A stretch of 64,000 bases of DNA, taken from positions 1 to 64,000 of the forward strand of contig JAKMXF010000337.1 of NCBI GenBank assembly GCA_024704765.1. Direction: 5' to 3'. Below are positions 1 to 11,628 of the stretch, piece by piece. Both the position numbers and the translations under genes were made by a program. Positions within the stretch are counted from its first letter, which is position 1. The number at the start of each line of letters is the position of its first letter. The stretch is from Oopsacas minuta (Eukaryota; Animalia; Porifera). Under the pieces are notes generated by a model. It did no database searches. It had not been told where the DNA came from and was given only the letters and a program-made list of their open reading frames with translations.

Positions 1-193
1 TTCTCCGAAACGATAATTTCAACATCAAAAACCACAAAGTTTCGATTCAAATTTACATAACTAATAGGCTACCAAATGATTCGAAAATTGGAATGGATGG
101 TACTTGAATGTTTAGAAACACAAAGAAACCATAAAGAAATGAAAGCATTACTACAAAAAATTTCTTAATTCTCTACTACTAAGCCACTGTGCA

Positions 194-765
194 ACATTTG
201 CTATACTATATAGCTCAATACATAGCATTACACTCAAATCGATTGTTCACAGATATTGCTTGATTATCTGAATTATGTAAGTAATTCACAATCCGTTTCA
301 TTATTCCACACAGAGAATCGTGAATGTAAACTATACAAAGTACTAGTAGTCAATTCCAAATGACAGAACATTTGCTTTACTATCTAACTCAATACATTGC
401 ATTACACTCAAATCGATTATTCACAGACATTGCTTGATTATCTGAATTATGTAAGTAATTCACAATCCGTTTCATTATTCCACACAGAGAATCGTGAATG
501 TAAACTATACAAAGTACTAGTAGTCAATTCCAAATGACAGAACATTTGCTTTACTATCTAACTCAATACATTGCATTACACTCAAATCGATTATTCACAG
601 ACATTGCTTGATTATCTGAATTATGTAAGTAATTCACAATCCGTTTCATTATTCCACACAGAGAATCGTGAATGTAAACTATACAAAGTACTAGTAGTCA
701 ATTCCAAATGACAGAACATTTGCTTTACTATCTAACTCAATACATAGCATTACACTCAAAACGAT
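194..765 (+). repeat. 174-bp tandem satellite, about 3.3 near-identical copies
   Basis: The anchor ACATTTGCT recurs at 194, 368, 542 and 716 (period 174). Copies 2 and 3 read identical; copy 1 has a few substitutions. Confidence 0.95.
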
Positions 766-839
766 TAGTAACTGAAAGTCATTGATTAGCTGAGGTATGT
801 ATTTAATTCTCAATCAGTTTCACAATTCCACACATTGCA

Positions 840-2300
840 TTATGAATGTACAATTTACTAAGTATTAGCACTCAATTACAAATTTCAAAACATATTGGCT
901 ATTATATAGTTCCAAACATGACATTCTTGATTTCAAGTTGTGTGACAATAGATTATATTATACAGACTCACTTTTTTGTCCATGGACAATGGATTTTGAC
1001 TTTGAAACGTTTGCATAGTTCAGTATTTCTTTACCATTTGTTTCGATGATATGTTTTGAAATGCTGTATGTGGAACTTCATCGCAGTCACTATGTTCAGT
1101 GAATTGTATTTGAGTAACAATAGTGTATGTATTGTAGTTTCATGATTCTGCCATAGAAAGTGGAAATTGACTTTGAAATGCTTGTATAGTTCAGTAGTTC
1201 ATTTACAATTTGTTCTGTTAGATATGTATTGAAATGTTGTGTGTGGAAAATATCGCAGTCACTATGTTCTGTGAGTTGAAATTGTGTGACAATAGATTAT
1301 ATAGTTTAGTTTCACAAATCTGTGCTTGATAATTACACTTGACTTTGAAAAGTTTGTGTAGTTCAGTATTTCATTTCCATTTTGTTTTCTTCAGTATTTT
1401 CTGTAATGCTGTATATTCAACGCTATTATAGATCCTATGTTCTGTGAAATGTATTTGAATGACAATAATGTCTGTATTTTGTTTCATGATTCTGTGTTTG
1501 GAAAGTGGAAATTGACTTTCATATGCTGGTATAGTTCAGTAGTTCATTTCTAATTTGTTCTGTTGGAAATGTATTGAAATGTTGTGTGTAGAACAATATC
1601 GTATTTACTATGTTCTATGAGTTGAAATTGTGTGGCAATAGACTATATAGTGCAGACTCACATTTCTGTGCATGGAAAATGGAAATTGACTCTGAAATGT
1701 TTGTATAGTTCAGTATTTCATTTACAATTTGTTCTGTTTGATATGTATTGAAATGTTGTGTGTGGACCAATATCGTAGTTACTATGTTTTGTGGGTTGAA
1801 ATTGCGTGACAATAGATTATGTAGTGTAGTTTCACAATTCTGTTCTTGAAAATTTGGATTATCTTTGAAATGTTTGTATAGTTCAATATTTCATTCCCTA
1901 TTTGCTTTCTTTGATATTTAGTGAAATGCTGTGCATTGAAACAGTATCTTAGTTACTCTGTTCTGTCTATTAAAATTGAGTGACAATACGTTCTATAGTG
2001 TAGTTTTAGAATTCGGTCTATGGAAATTTGAAATAGACTTTGAAACGTTTGTAAAGTTCAGTTATTCACTTCTACTCTGTTTTGATTGGGAGTTATGTCT
2101 AATGTTTGTATGGAACACTATTCCAGTCAATGTCTTCTAACATTTACAATTGAGTGACAGTACTTTGCTTATTGCACTTTCACAATTCTCTGTGCTGAAA
2201 TTTTAAATTCTCTCTCAAATGTGTTTGTAATTCCGCTGTTCCTTCCGTTCTGTTTCGATTGGAAATTGAGTAATATGCTTTTTAATCAAATTCAAGATTG
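840..2300 (-). repeat. Diverged ~172-175 bp tandem satellite, about 8 units, probably the same family as 194-765 in opposite orientation
   Basis: A GACTTTGAAA-like anchor occurs at ~998, 1169, 1341, 1514, 1688, ~1860 and 2036. TTTGTATAGTT is the reverse complement of AACTATACAAA in the left array, and ATTTGAGT of ACTCAAAT. Confidence 0.8.
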
Positions 2301-3369
2301 ATGTTGTTTAATTTGATATGTCAGTAATTGTGTGCAGACAGTTTAGATATACACGAAACTGTTTGTTTTGTATATTAATACACTATTTATCTGCAGAGTG
2401 TTGATACATGCTGAAAACACTTTGTATAGCTCTGTATCACGGGGAATATGTGCTCAGAGTTACAATTGACCAAAAACACTTTGAATAGCAAAGTATAACA
2501 GTCATTACCTGCGGACAATGGAAATTGAAGGTTGTTGATTGTTCAATTTGATATCACAGTGATTATGTGCAGGCTGTTGAAATTTAATGAAACTCTTTGT
2601 TACAAACAGTACTACAGTGAACATGTGCAGAGTGTTGAAAGGGAGTGAAAACACTTTGTCTAGTACGAAGTAATATTTTCGAATGATATGACTATGCTAA
2701 CCCTTGAATTACAAGATAACCTTTTGGTAGCGGTCACTTGTTCCACCTTGGGCAAAAGGTGGCACAAATGGCACAAATTGAAATTTATCTATAACTCTGG
2801 TAAAAATTGTTCAATCCGATTGGAAATTTCAATCTGGGATAACTCGCCTACGTAGAATTCAAATATCGAGTCAGAAATTATAGATGCTTAATAGGCTTTG
2901 AATTACTACATATTTTGATTATCAATAATTATCTAATAGTCATTAACAATTAACACCTTCAAAAAGTGTAAATCGAAAATATTTTTTTGAAATTCTTGAA
3001 AAATATATGTTATTCTATACAAATGACTAGATAGCAGCTACGAATATAGACTACACAATGTATAGGAGCGGGAAAGAGTCTACAATTTATGACAATATAT
3101 TTGTGTTGAAATTCTTTTGTCCACTTAGTTTATGCTAAATAGTTAATGGAAAAAACGCTGATTACGAATGAATTCTATTAAAACAGTGACGTCATAATTA
3201 TGTATTAAGTAACAAAGAACAATAATAATGTAATTTAAAGAAATTTAAACGGAATAGAGAGGTAACGTATCAGTCTTTGAAATTCGAATGTTTCGAGTAT
3301 ATAGCTAGTTGCGTATTCAGTAAATTGTGGTTTAACTACAAATGGCTTGGTGTTGCAATAATTCCTGGA

Positions 3370-4260
3370 TAGATTGTATATAAAACGGGATTTTGGGCAA
3401 GAAGGCCTTGTAAGAAACCTTTGGTGTCAACAGCCCATGAGAAGAAAAGAATAAGTTTTTATGAATCTCACAAAATTGGGAGATAACCAATGGAAAATAT
3501 TGTATTCTCCGACGAGTCTAAATTTCAATTTATTCGATGCCCATGGTAGGGTAAAGGTTTGGCGCACAAAAGAAAAACGTTACCTCCCTGAATACACGAC
3601 TAAAACTATTTGTTGCGGAGGAGGAAGTGTAATGTTTGGGGTTGCATCGGCTACGGACAAATTGGCCCATTAATAGAGGTTAAAAATATTTTAAATGCTG
3701 ATTCACATATTTCTCAAATTTTAGAGCCATTTTCGAAAACTTTTTGGAAGAAGTTCAGGAGAGGAAATCGTATATTAACATTTATGCAGGACAATGCATC
3801 AAGCATACTGCAAAATTATTCAAAAGTCAGTTTGAACAATAAATGATAGACGTGATGAATTGGCCACCCCAATCTCCAGATCTAAACATTATTGAAAGTT
3901 TATGGGATATCCTGCAGCGACTGGTCAGGAAGCAGGAAAATCGGCCAAATATTCTTGTACAGTTAAAAGAAGCTCTAATAAGCAATGGAGCAACCTGGCA
4001 TTCCACAATCAACCTACTCTACGAAAGCTTGCCAAAGAGAATGGACGATTTAAGAAAAACCAAGGGCAACCCAACAAAATACTAAAGCTAGTATTAGAAA
4101 AGATTACATGCTAACCATAAACAATTAGCGATTAGGGACATTTACTCAATTACATATCGATTTTAATTGCTTTAGAACTATCATTGGAATAATCTACACT
4201 ATTGTTTCTATTTCTAACAACTGATTATTAGACTGTGCAAATACTTTTGTTCGCTTAGTG
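3370..4260 (+). mobile_element. 5'-truncated Tc1 (DD34E) transposon with frameshifted transposase (~3370-4085)
   Basis: Joined frames give ARRPCKKPL, xDESKF, GGGSVMFWGCI, MQDNA and WPPQSPDLNIIESLW, with 34 residues between D and E after frameshift repair. The right TIR ends ...CTTTTGTTCGCTTAGTG followed by TA. No left TIR was found. Confidence 0.85.
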
Positions 4261-4432
4261 TATGTGCTCTTTCTTATGCATTCAGCCCCCAAGTGAATTT
4301 ACAATACATACAGTAGTGCGTCAGTTATTCGAACAGGTTGATTAAACCGAAAGCATATATTCTCCATCAAAAAATATTTCTTTTTTTCACTACAATAAGA
4401 AACACTAAATATAGGACTCTAATATGTATATA

Positions 4433-5593
4433 TGTTACAGTCAATGTGTAAAATAAGTCAATTTACAAATTGGCTGAAATTTCCAGTCAATTTGTAAATT
4501 GACTGATTCACTTAGGCAATTTACAAATTGACTAGAATTTTCAGCCAATTTACAAATTGACTGAATCATTGGTCGGTTTTTTTGACAGATTGACTGAAAA
4601 CATATTACGAATTTCAAATCAATGAAGTAGTGAATAAATGGGAAATCTTGCAATTATTGTTATTCCAAAACATATACGTCTACTCAACTTAAGAATTGAA
4701 AATGTATAAGAGAAACCTGACTCAAAGTAGTGTATCCTCAATAACAACATATCAAAGGGAAGCATCTATCGACGTGAAATATTCTGGAGTATAAAAGGCA
4801 AGGTAATATGAACACCCTCATAACTCTAAAAGATGTCGGACACTAAGGAACAGTCTTTCCGTGAGGAGATGTTGAAACGAAAAAGCTCCGATGCCAAATC
4901 ATTATTGATGACCAAACACGAGTAGTTTTTGTTGCTTGAAGAGGTCAAAGTTGCATCTGACACCGCAAAGAAGTCCAACAGGCAGTACTATATCCTTGGC
5001 AGGTATGTGAACAAATAGAGATCATTCTCGAAACATAATGGGTGTAATTTCCTAAAGAAATGAAAATGACATGTATCATATAGCAGTCCGTACAGGAATC
5101 CTGAAAGGATCTTAGAGCCGAAATCGGTTTGATTTGTGTCCCCATCCGCTACACAATGTGAACGATTTCACCACAGACAAAGAAATAGACCGACGACAAG
5201 CTGTTCAACAAGGGTCTAAGTGTGGTGGAAAAGAGTTTGCCAAGTGTAACTGTACACAAAGTGGCAAACAATGCAAATCAAACAAATGTGAATGTTTCAA
5301 GGCTGGACATAAATGTAATAGCAAGTGTCACGCGAGCATGACCTGCCCAAACAAGATCTGAATGGGAACGATATATGAACTATTTAGTCAGTATGCTGTA
5401 ATCACATGCTTTTAATAGATATTGATATCAATTAATTAAATTCGTAATACGTTTTAGTCAATCTGTCAAAAAAAACGATCAATCAATGATTCAGTCAATT
5501 TGTAAATTGCCTAAGTGAATCAGTCAATTTACAAATTGACTGGAAATTTCAGTCAATTTGTAAATTGACTGATTCTACACATTGATTGCAACA
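4433..5593 (+). mobile_element. Internally deleted (non-autonomous) Ginger2-type element
   Basis: TGT...ACA termini flanked by TATA on both sides; ~170-190 bp TIRs. Inside are an N-terminal remnant (~4869, MLKRKSSDAK...RQYYILGRY) and the Cys-rich tail CNCTQSGKQCKSNKCECFKAGHKCNSKCH typical of Ginger2/KRBA2-like integrases. The integrase core is absent. Confidence 0.75.
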
Positions 5594-5603
5594 TATATAT
5601 ATA

Positions 5604-6902
5604 CAGGGTGACCCATAAATACTGTTACCAATTGTTGTATGTATAAAATATATATTGAAGCTGTTGACACGAAATTTCTACCAATTGTCAGAACCTCTAC
5701 ATAGAAAATATATTTCGAGTATCATTCGAATATACCCCCTCGACATTTAATACACCTAACAATACGAGTAGGGAAGGGGTCCAGGCTAGAACGAATGTCA
5801 CAGTCTGGAATATTCTTCCATTCTCGAGACAAGGTTTTCTTTAGCTCGTCAATACTAAGGTGTTTTTTGGAGTTGACCTTGCTCCTAAATGGACCATACT
5901 GAATAATTGAGAGGGTTAATGTCAGGGGAGCAAGGAGGCCACACTTCGGCAGAAATTAGCCCTGGAAAATTCTCTTTGCACCACTGTTGTGTCGCTTTCG
6001 TTTATGAGCAGGTGCTGAGTCTTATTGGAATACTCATTTTCTATTGTGACAATGTTTTTCGGCCCAAGGTTTGACAACCTTCTTCAGTATCAAATCACGG
6101 TATACTGTTTGATTGATTTTTAGACCCTGGGGGATGAAAACGAGGGTGTCCGACCATCGAATGTGATGCCTCCCCACACCATTACTGAAGCTGGCTTTTA
6201 GCCCTAGACACCTGGAAAGTGGATTTATGGAGAGCATTTTGCAGTAGCAAGGATTCTATCGTTTTGGGAGTTTAACACTTGTTCTACAGTGAACAATTTC
6301 TCATCTGAGAAGAGGATATCTCTATGGGCGTGATTTTGAAACACGAAACCAATTCTTTACATCTTTGTACCCGCTTGGTCTTCTTTTGCTCGCTAAGAAG
6401 CTGGCACTTATTCAATTTATAGGCTTTCACTCTAGGTCACTTCATACAATTCTTCTCATTGATTCCCTACTAATTTGTATCTCCTTGGTCATTTTTCTGA
6501 TGCTTCTTGAGGGATTTCGGTGGATCCTCTGGGATGCACGACTTATCTTAGAAAAGGTCCTTACAGTTCGCGGGCGACCAGGTCTACGTCTGTCAGTCAT
6601 CAATCCGGTATCATTGTAACGAGACAATGACCGATTTATGTACATCTTATTCGTTTTCAGTAGTTTAGCGATTTTAACCTTGGAATTTCCCGCCTCATAA
6701 AGCTATATAACAGCTGCTCGCCGAAGTTCCATTGCTAATCAGTAAAAAAATCTATTGATTAGTGCCCAGATGCCATAATGAATAAATATCTTTGAGTATA
6801 AGCTCTAGGATGAATTATAGCATAACAATATAAAGAATTCCTATTTGAAATATAGAATATTGTTAGATAGTATATCAGTAACAGTATTTATGGGTCACCT
6901 TG
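5604..6902 (-). mobile_element. Full-length maT-type (DD37D) Tc1/mariner element
   Basis: 25-bp TIR CAGGGTGACCCATAAATACTGTTAC (1 mismatch at the right end), TA on both flanks, 1299 bp. Confidence 0.9.
5722..6732 (-). pseudogene. DD37D transposase pseudogene
   Basis: DRRRPGRPRT, FSDEKLFTVEQ..N.QNDR, DSAPAH and WPPCSPDINPLNYSVW; 37-residue spacing after frameshift repair; several stops and frameshifts. Confidence 0.85.
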
Positions 6903-7025
6903 TATATATTGGCACAAGGTTTCAAGGTGCAAAACCAAAGAGGGCAGGGGCCTAAAAGGCGAAATTGTTGCTACATTGTGTATTTCGTATAAATACATCC
7001 TCTGCCTCCAAACACAGGTGTCCAG

Positions 7026-10000
7026 CACAGAATGGCAAAATGGCCATAATGGGGAAATAGGTAAATGAATCTATAATATCACCACAATTATACTTACATA
7101 TACTAAATCGACACCATAGATTTCAAAAATACCAATGATTTTTGTAGCACGACTATAAACCCCTGGTTATGACGTAATTATTGACATTTTCTCATTATTA
7201 ACACTTGTGGTTCATTAGTGAGGATATTATGAAAGTTGATGATACATGCATGTCATGGTCTCTATTCTGCTATTTGATAACTTACAATTTAAAGACCCTT
7301 GATTATGTATGAGTATTGGATGTACTTATTACCATAAATCATCTGATAGTATACTATTACATAATATTTTTTGGAGGCTATTTGCAACGTCTCTTTTCTT
7401 CTTTGCGTGCTTCAAACGATTCCACACTATTATGGCTTGACTACAATACCACAACCTGACTAAAATTTCTCTAACATTATCTGTGAAGAAGTTTCCTGCA
7501 AGATTCTCCGAATACCGCCTCACAAATATATTGCAGGATTCTAAACATTCTTCACACAGATTCTGTAATCCCTTGCCATTATTGCAAGCACCTATTAACT
7601 GAAACGAATGGGCAAGTAACTTGTGCAAGGATGGAGTGATGCTTGCCCTTGGGTACTCAACTAGAATAAATTCGTACGTTTCTTTGCATAATTCTTACAT
7701 TATGTCACAGTTAATCGAGTCACCACTATCGAGGAGTCTTACAAAACAGATAGATTCATTTGGATCTTCTCTAATGATATTTTATCTGAAGGATTAATGG
7801 AAGAAGTGGCCCACGTCAAAAAGTCTCTCTTATTTAAAAAGCAGTCTCGCGCAATGCTACCAGTGGTTGAAGTGCCGCCCTAGCTTGAAGGGATATCGAC
7901 ACTGAGTTACATCTTTCCTGGAGTATAGCTCAAACCCGTTTCATGGAAGAAATGCTTTCGAGTTTGATGGCGCCCATACCTTGTGTCCTGCATCAAGATG
8001 GTATATCAACAGCATGAACCACGTGAATACACAAAGGTAAGCATGCAAAGGAGACGCAGCTATAACATCGGTGTTAGAAGTTGGCTGATGCGTAATACCA
8101 ACACGCTAATTAATCTGTAAATAGGAAAACCAGAACAGGCCTATTCTAAATTTTAATTTGGCTATCCGTTGCAGTACACAGATGACAAGAAGCTCCACCA
8201 GCTCTATCCAGCAATCCTGTCATCTTGGTATCAAAAGGAAACTAACTATCTCGACCTGTACATAGCATCCAATAAGGGATAACCTATCCTGTATGATATG
8301 TTCTGTTTGAGGATTGACTATTGTATTCATGATAAGGTTTACACTAGAATATTCTTATTTCAAAGCTATCAGTGCTACTGGCCTAAAGCAGAACAGAGAG
8401 TTGGATGAGCTGTCATAGGATATGTCATTTCCAAGTGTGTATGTAATTGATAGTACTTTGAATTCGAACAAAATGAAAGTTTTTGTGCTTAATTCAGAAC
8501 TGTTGCTTTGTGGGCTATAAGTTTAATGACAACTGGAGCCATCCAATCCATCAGATATTATAATTCTAAGTAGTGTGAATCAGGAACTGAGTCTAATGTT
8601 GAAAGCAAGCGTTGAATAGTCAGACTAAGGATGGGATGATAAGAGACGCAAGTCCCAATTGACAATGCTTCGGGGTCTTTACTATTTCCATTTCATTTAC
8701 TAGGCTTATTTCCCTACGGTGTTGCGAGACAAGCTTATAGGAAGGAAGCCTAACATAACTTTGAGAATTCCTTTCAGATTCGTGTATTTACTTGCCCCAA
8801 TTTCTAAGCTGTCCAATATATAATCACATTTAGAGATTTGTATTTTGTTCAATACACCGCTAAAAAGATCCATTATCGATTATTTCTCTGTACATATCTG
8901 AAGTATCACGGTCATAGGATATATTTAGGATTAATTCTAAAGCTAGAGCGAGTAGTTGTTTAGGCTTAATCTTTCCACTCTCTGCCAAAAAGTCCACATG
9001 CTCTAAAAGAACACCCAGTCTCGATCTGGAAGTCTTCATGTGATATTCGAGAATATGCTTCCGCGATTCAGTTACAATCTATTCTGAAATGTTTTGATTT
9101 CAGAATCAGTGACTAAAGAAAACAATGCAGGATCAAGTGATATTCTCTTTCTCGGATTGGATATTGTTAGACGAGTAAAGTGGAAATCATGTTATCCTAT
9201 GTTTCAAGATCCTTCCTGCAGTAAGCCTCTCTGGATGTTAGAAGTGATTTAAAATTGAAATGGAGAATAGCATTTTCTTCATCGGTTAAATGGTTGTTCT
9301 CAATAAGTTCCCTAACAGAGACTGTAACAGTTCTTCCATTCGAAATATACAACCATTTGCCTCATTCTTCATGATTAGTACAGACATGTTCCACAAAAAG
9401 GGTTACTCTAACATCGAAACATTATGATATATGGTTGTAGAGTATTGGAATAACTAATAACCAGCAAAATATAGAATTGTACTGAAAAATTTAAAACTTA
9501 TGAAAAATATATTTTCCGGATTTTTGTCCGGTCTGGACAATGAATGTTGTGATAAATTTTTGGGCAGCTTTCGGCAAGCCTGGGAAGGGATTAAATAGTT
9601 GACTAAATATAGTAGTAACATTACGTATATATTAATAATGTTTCGTCAAATTTTGTCAAACAAGAGATGCTACACTTCAATCAATGAGAAAAATTCATAA
9701 TTATAACTTTGGGAGGGCCAAACTAGACACCCGGTAAAAAGTAGAAATGAATATCTAGACTAATATATCAATGATTAAATTGTTGTTACAACAGAGATTT
9801 ATTATCTGAAGATGTTTTTCACTCTTATATTTAGTATTTACATCATATGTGATCACATACAATAGGGCACAGGAATTTGCGGTTTGAAAATATATATCTC
9901 TATTATTAGAAACACATAACAAGTTGTGCGTAGTTAGGATTCCTAGCTGCTTGTAATACTGGCCATGATATTTTCGTACTTTTTAAACTATGGAGAATTC

Positions 10001-10060
10001 GAAAAATGCATTGAAAGATGTTTTTGAAATATGCTTATTTCCCCAAATTGACACACTGTG
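7026..10060 (-). mobile_element. Transib/RAG1-like transposon, ~3.0 kb
   Basis: Boundaries come from alignment to the uninterrupted paralogous flank at ~21160-21185. The right end is CACTGTG (CACAGTG on minus) and the left end CACAGAA; both are followed inward by TGGGGAAATA. No clean 5-bp TSD. Confidence 0.65.
7329..9480 (-). pseudogene. RAG1-core-like (Transib-type) DDE transposase pseudogene
   Basis: Manual minus-strand translation gives, in order: IISDGLDGS (~8545), FRPVALIALK, FDTKM..GGASCHLCTAT (~8230), SPLHAYLCVF (~8050), GGTSTTGSIARDCF, ITPSLHKLLAHS and CEECLESCN..RRY (~7540). These are collinear with the RAG1 D600/D708/E962 regions. Multiple stops and frameshifts. Confidence 0.85.
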
Positions 10061-11628
10061 GATCGAGTCTCCCAGATACTCAAACTGGTGCTCTGGAATT
10101 TCATATAAACTGGTGATAATGTCTGAATTATGATATTATATCTGAGGAATATAATTGCAAACTCATTATGAAATTATTACGTCACCATGAATGTACAAAA
10201 ATTGAACATTTTCCAAAATTTCTAGAAGTTTCTTAATGCACTCAGTACTAAGTGCCAACACTACTAACCTAATCCACGTAAGAGAACGAGTATTATCACA
10301 GAAGGCCACTAAGGGCTGCCAATGTAGTGAATATATCAATTTCTTTCAAACTATATTTATATTATTTTCGTTTGCTCTAATTGTTGTCTTCAAATTTAAA
10401 CAAGTAAAGAGTCAATTTTACCATAACCATTAGGACATTTTCTATCCGAAATAGCCAAATATGTTATGGATATAATTCATGTTCCAATGTCCCAAATCAA
10501 CTTGTTAATAACCATATGCACCAGATTTTAATGGCAAATGATGTGAGATAAAATTAATATTCACCAAATATGTGTATTTGAGTATTAATGAGGCTTCACG
10601 CTGTGCATATCTCAAAATTCAACTTCCATTAATTTTCTTAGTACTCCTTAATCTTAAAAACTCATATTGGATGCATTCATACCTTTCGTTCATATAAATA
10701 GTCATAATATTCATATAAGAATGAACCATTCAGCGCATAACGAATGCTCTGCTGGATGATTAAGCTCAATACCTTCCACCCCTTTTATATTGGTGGCGTA
10801 GAAGGGTCATTGAGCATGGTTTACTTCATATTTTATGATATACTCTTTGCAACTTCTAAATAGTTAGAAAATGAAGGTTAAATATAAGCATGAAATTATA
10901 CACAAAAAACTTAGCTTTAAAAGTTGGATGCAATATTATTGTTTGGAAGGGCGACATAAGTAGAGGATTCCATAAAGATGCATAGTCTATGTTAGAATTT
11001 AGTGTTTATCGGAATGAGAAATATTCAAGTATGTATTTACTACCCGTTCGATAGATTTCGAGAATCTCTCAATCCCTACAGGTGATGTATGTGACTCTCT
11101 GTCAGTGCTGCCAAGTGAATTCAGAAAAATTTATGGAAAAACCAAATTTTTACGGAGCATTTAAAATCCCTTAATGGTGCGCAACAAGTCTTAATTTGCT
11201 TTTACAAATGCCATTAGCTAACAAATTTATATTAATAATCATTAATAAATGTAGATATATGGACGCTTTCGCGTTTGTAAACAAAAATCTATAATTACTA
11301 CTAGTATGCTACAATCTATCAAAGTACAATTATATATGGTCTTACATACTTTGAGAAAATATTTCGTACATTTCCGAGGTAGGTACAAACTTTGAGGAAA
11401 TTTGAATATTGACCTTGCTCGTTAACAAAATTATTACACGTACATGTAATTCGCTAGAAATACGTAAAAATAAGCCTTCATACGTAGATAGCATTCAATT
11501 TTGCGTAGTCTACGTAAATTTACGGAGACTTGGCAGCACTGTTCTCTGTTCTTATTTCTACCCTGCTGCTGATCTTTGAATACCTACAGATTAGTATGTT
11601 GTACCTTGCAACTATTTCTACCCTGATC

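Noticed and set aside
194-765. CRISPR-like array
   Set aside because: Whole 174-bp units are repeated with no unique spacers, there are no cas genes, and the context is eukaryotic.
7026-7329. RAG2-like partner gene (ProtoRAG architecture)
   Set aside because: Only ~300 bp lie between the transposase end and the left terminus, and no kelch or PHD frame is visible. The NHL propeller at 22.4 kb is a different repeat type and lies outside the element.
10330-11100. Possible decayed coding sequence next to the Transib-like element
   Set aside because: Partial manual translation on both strands gave stops and no recognisable motif.
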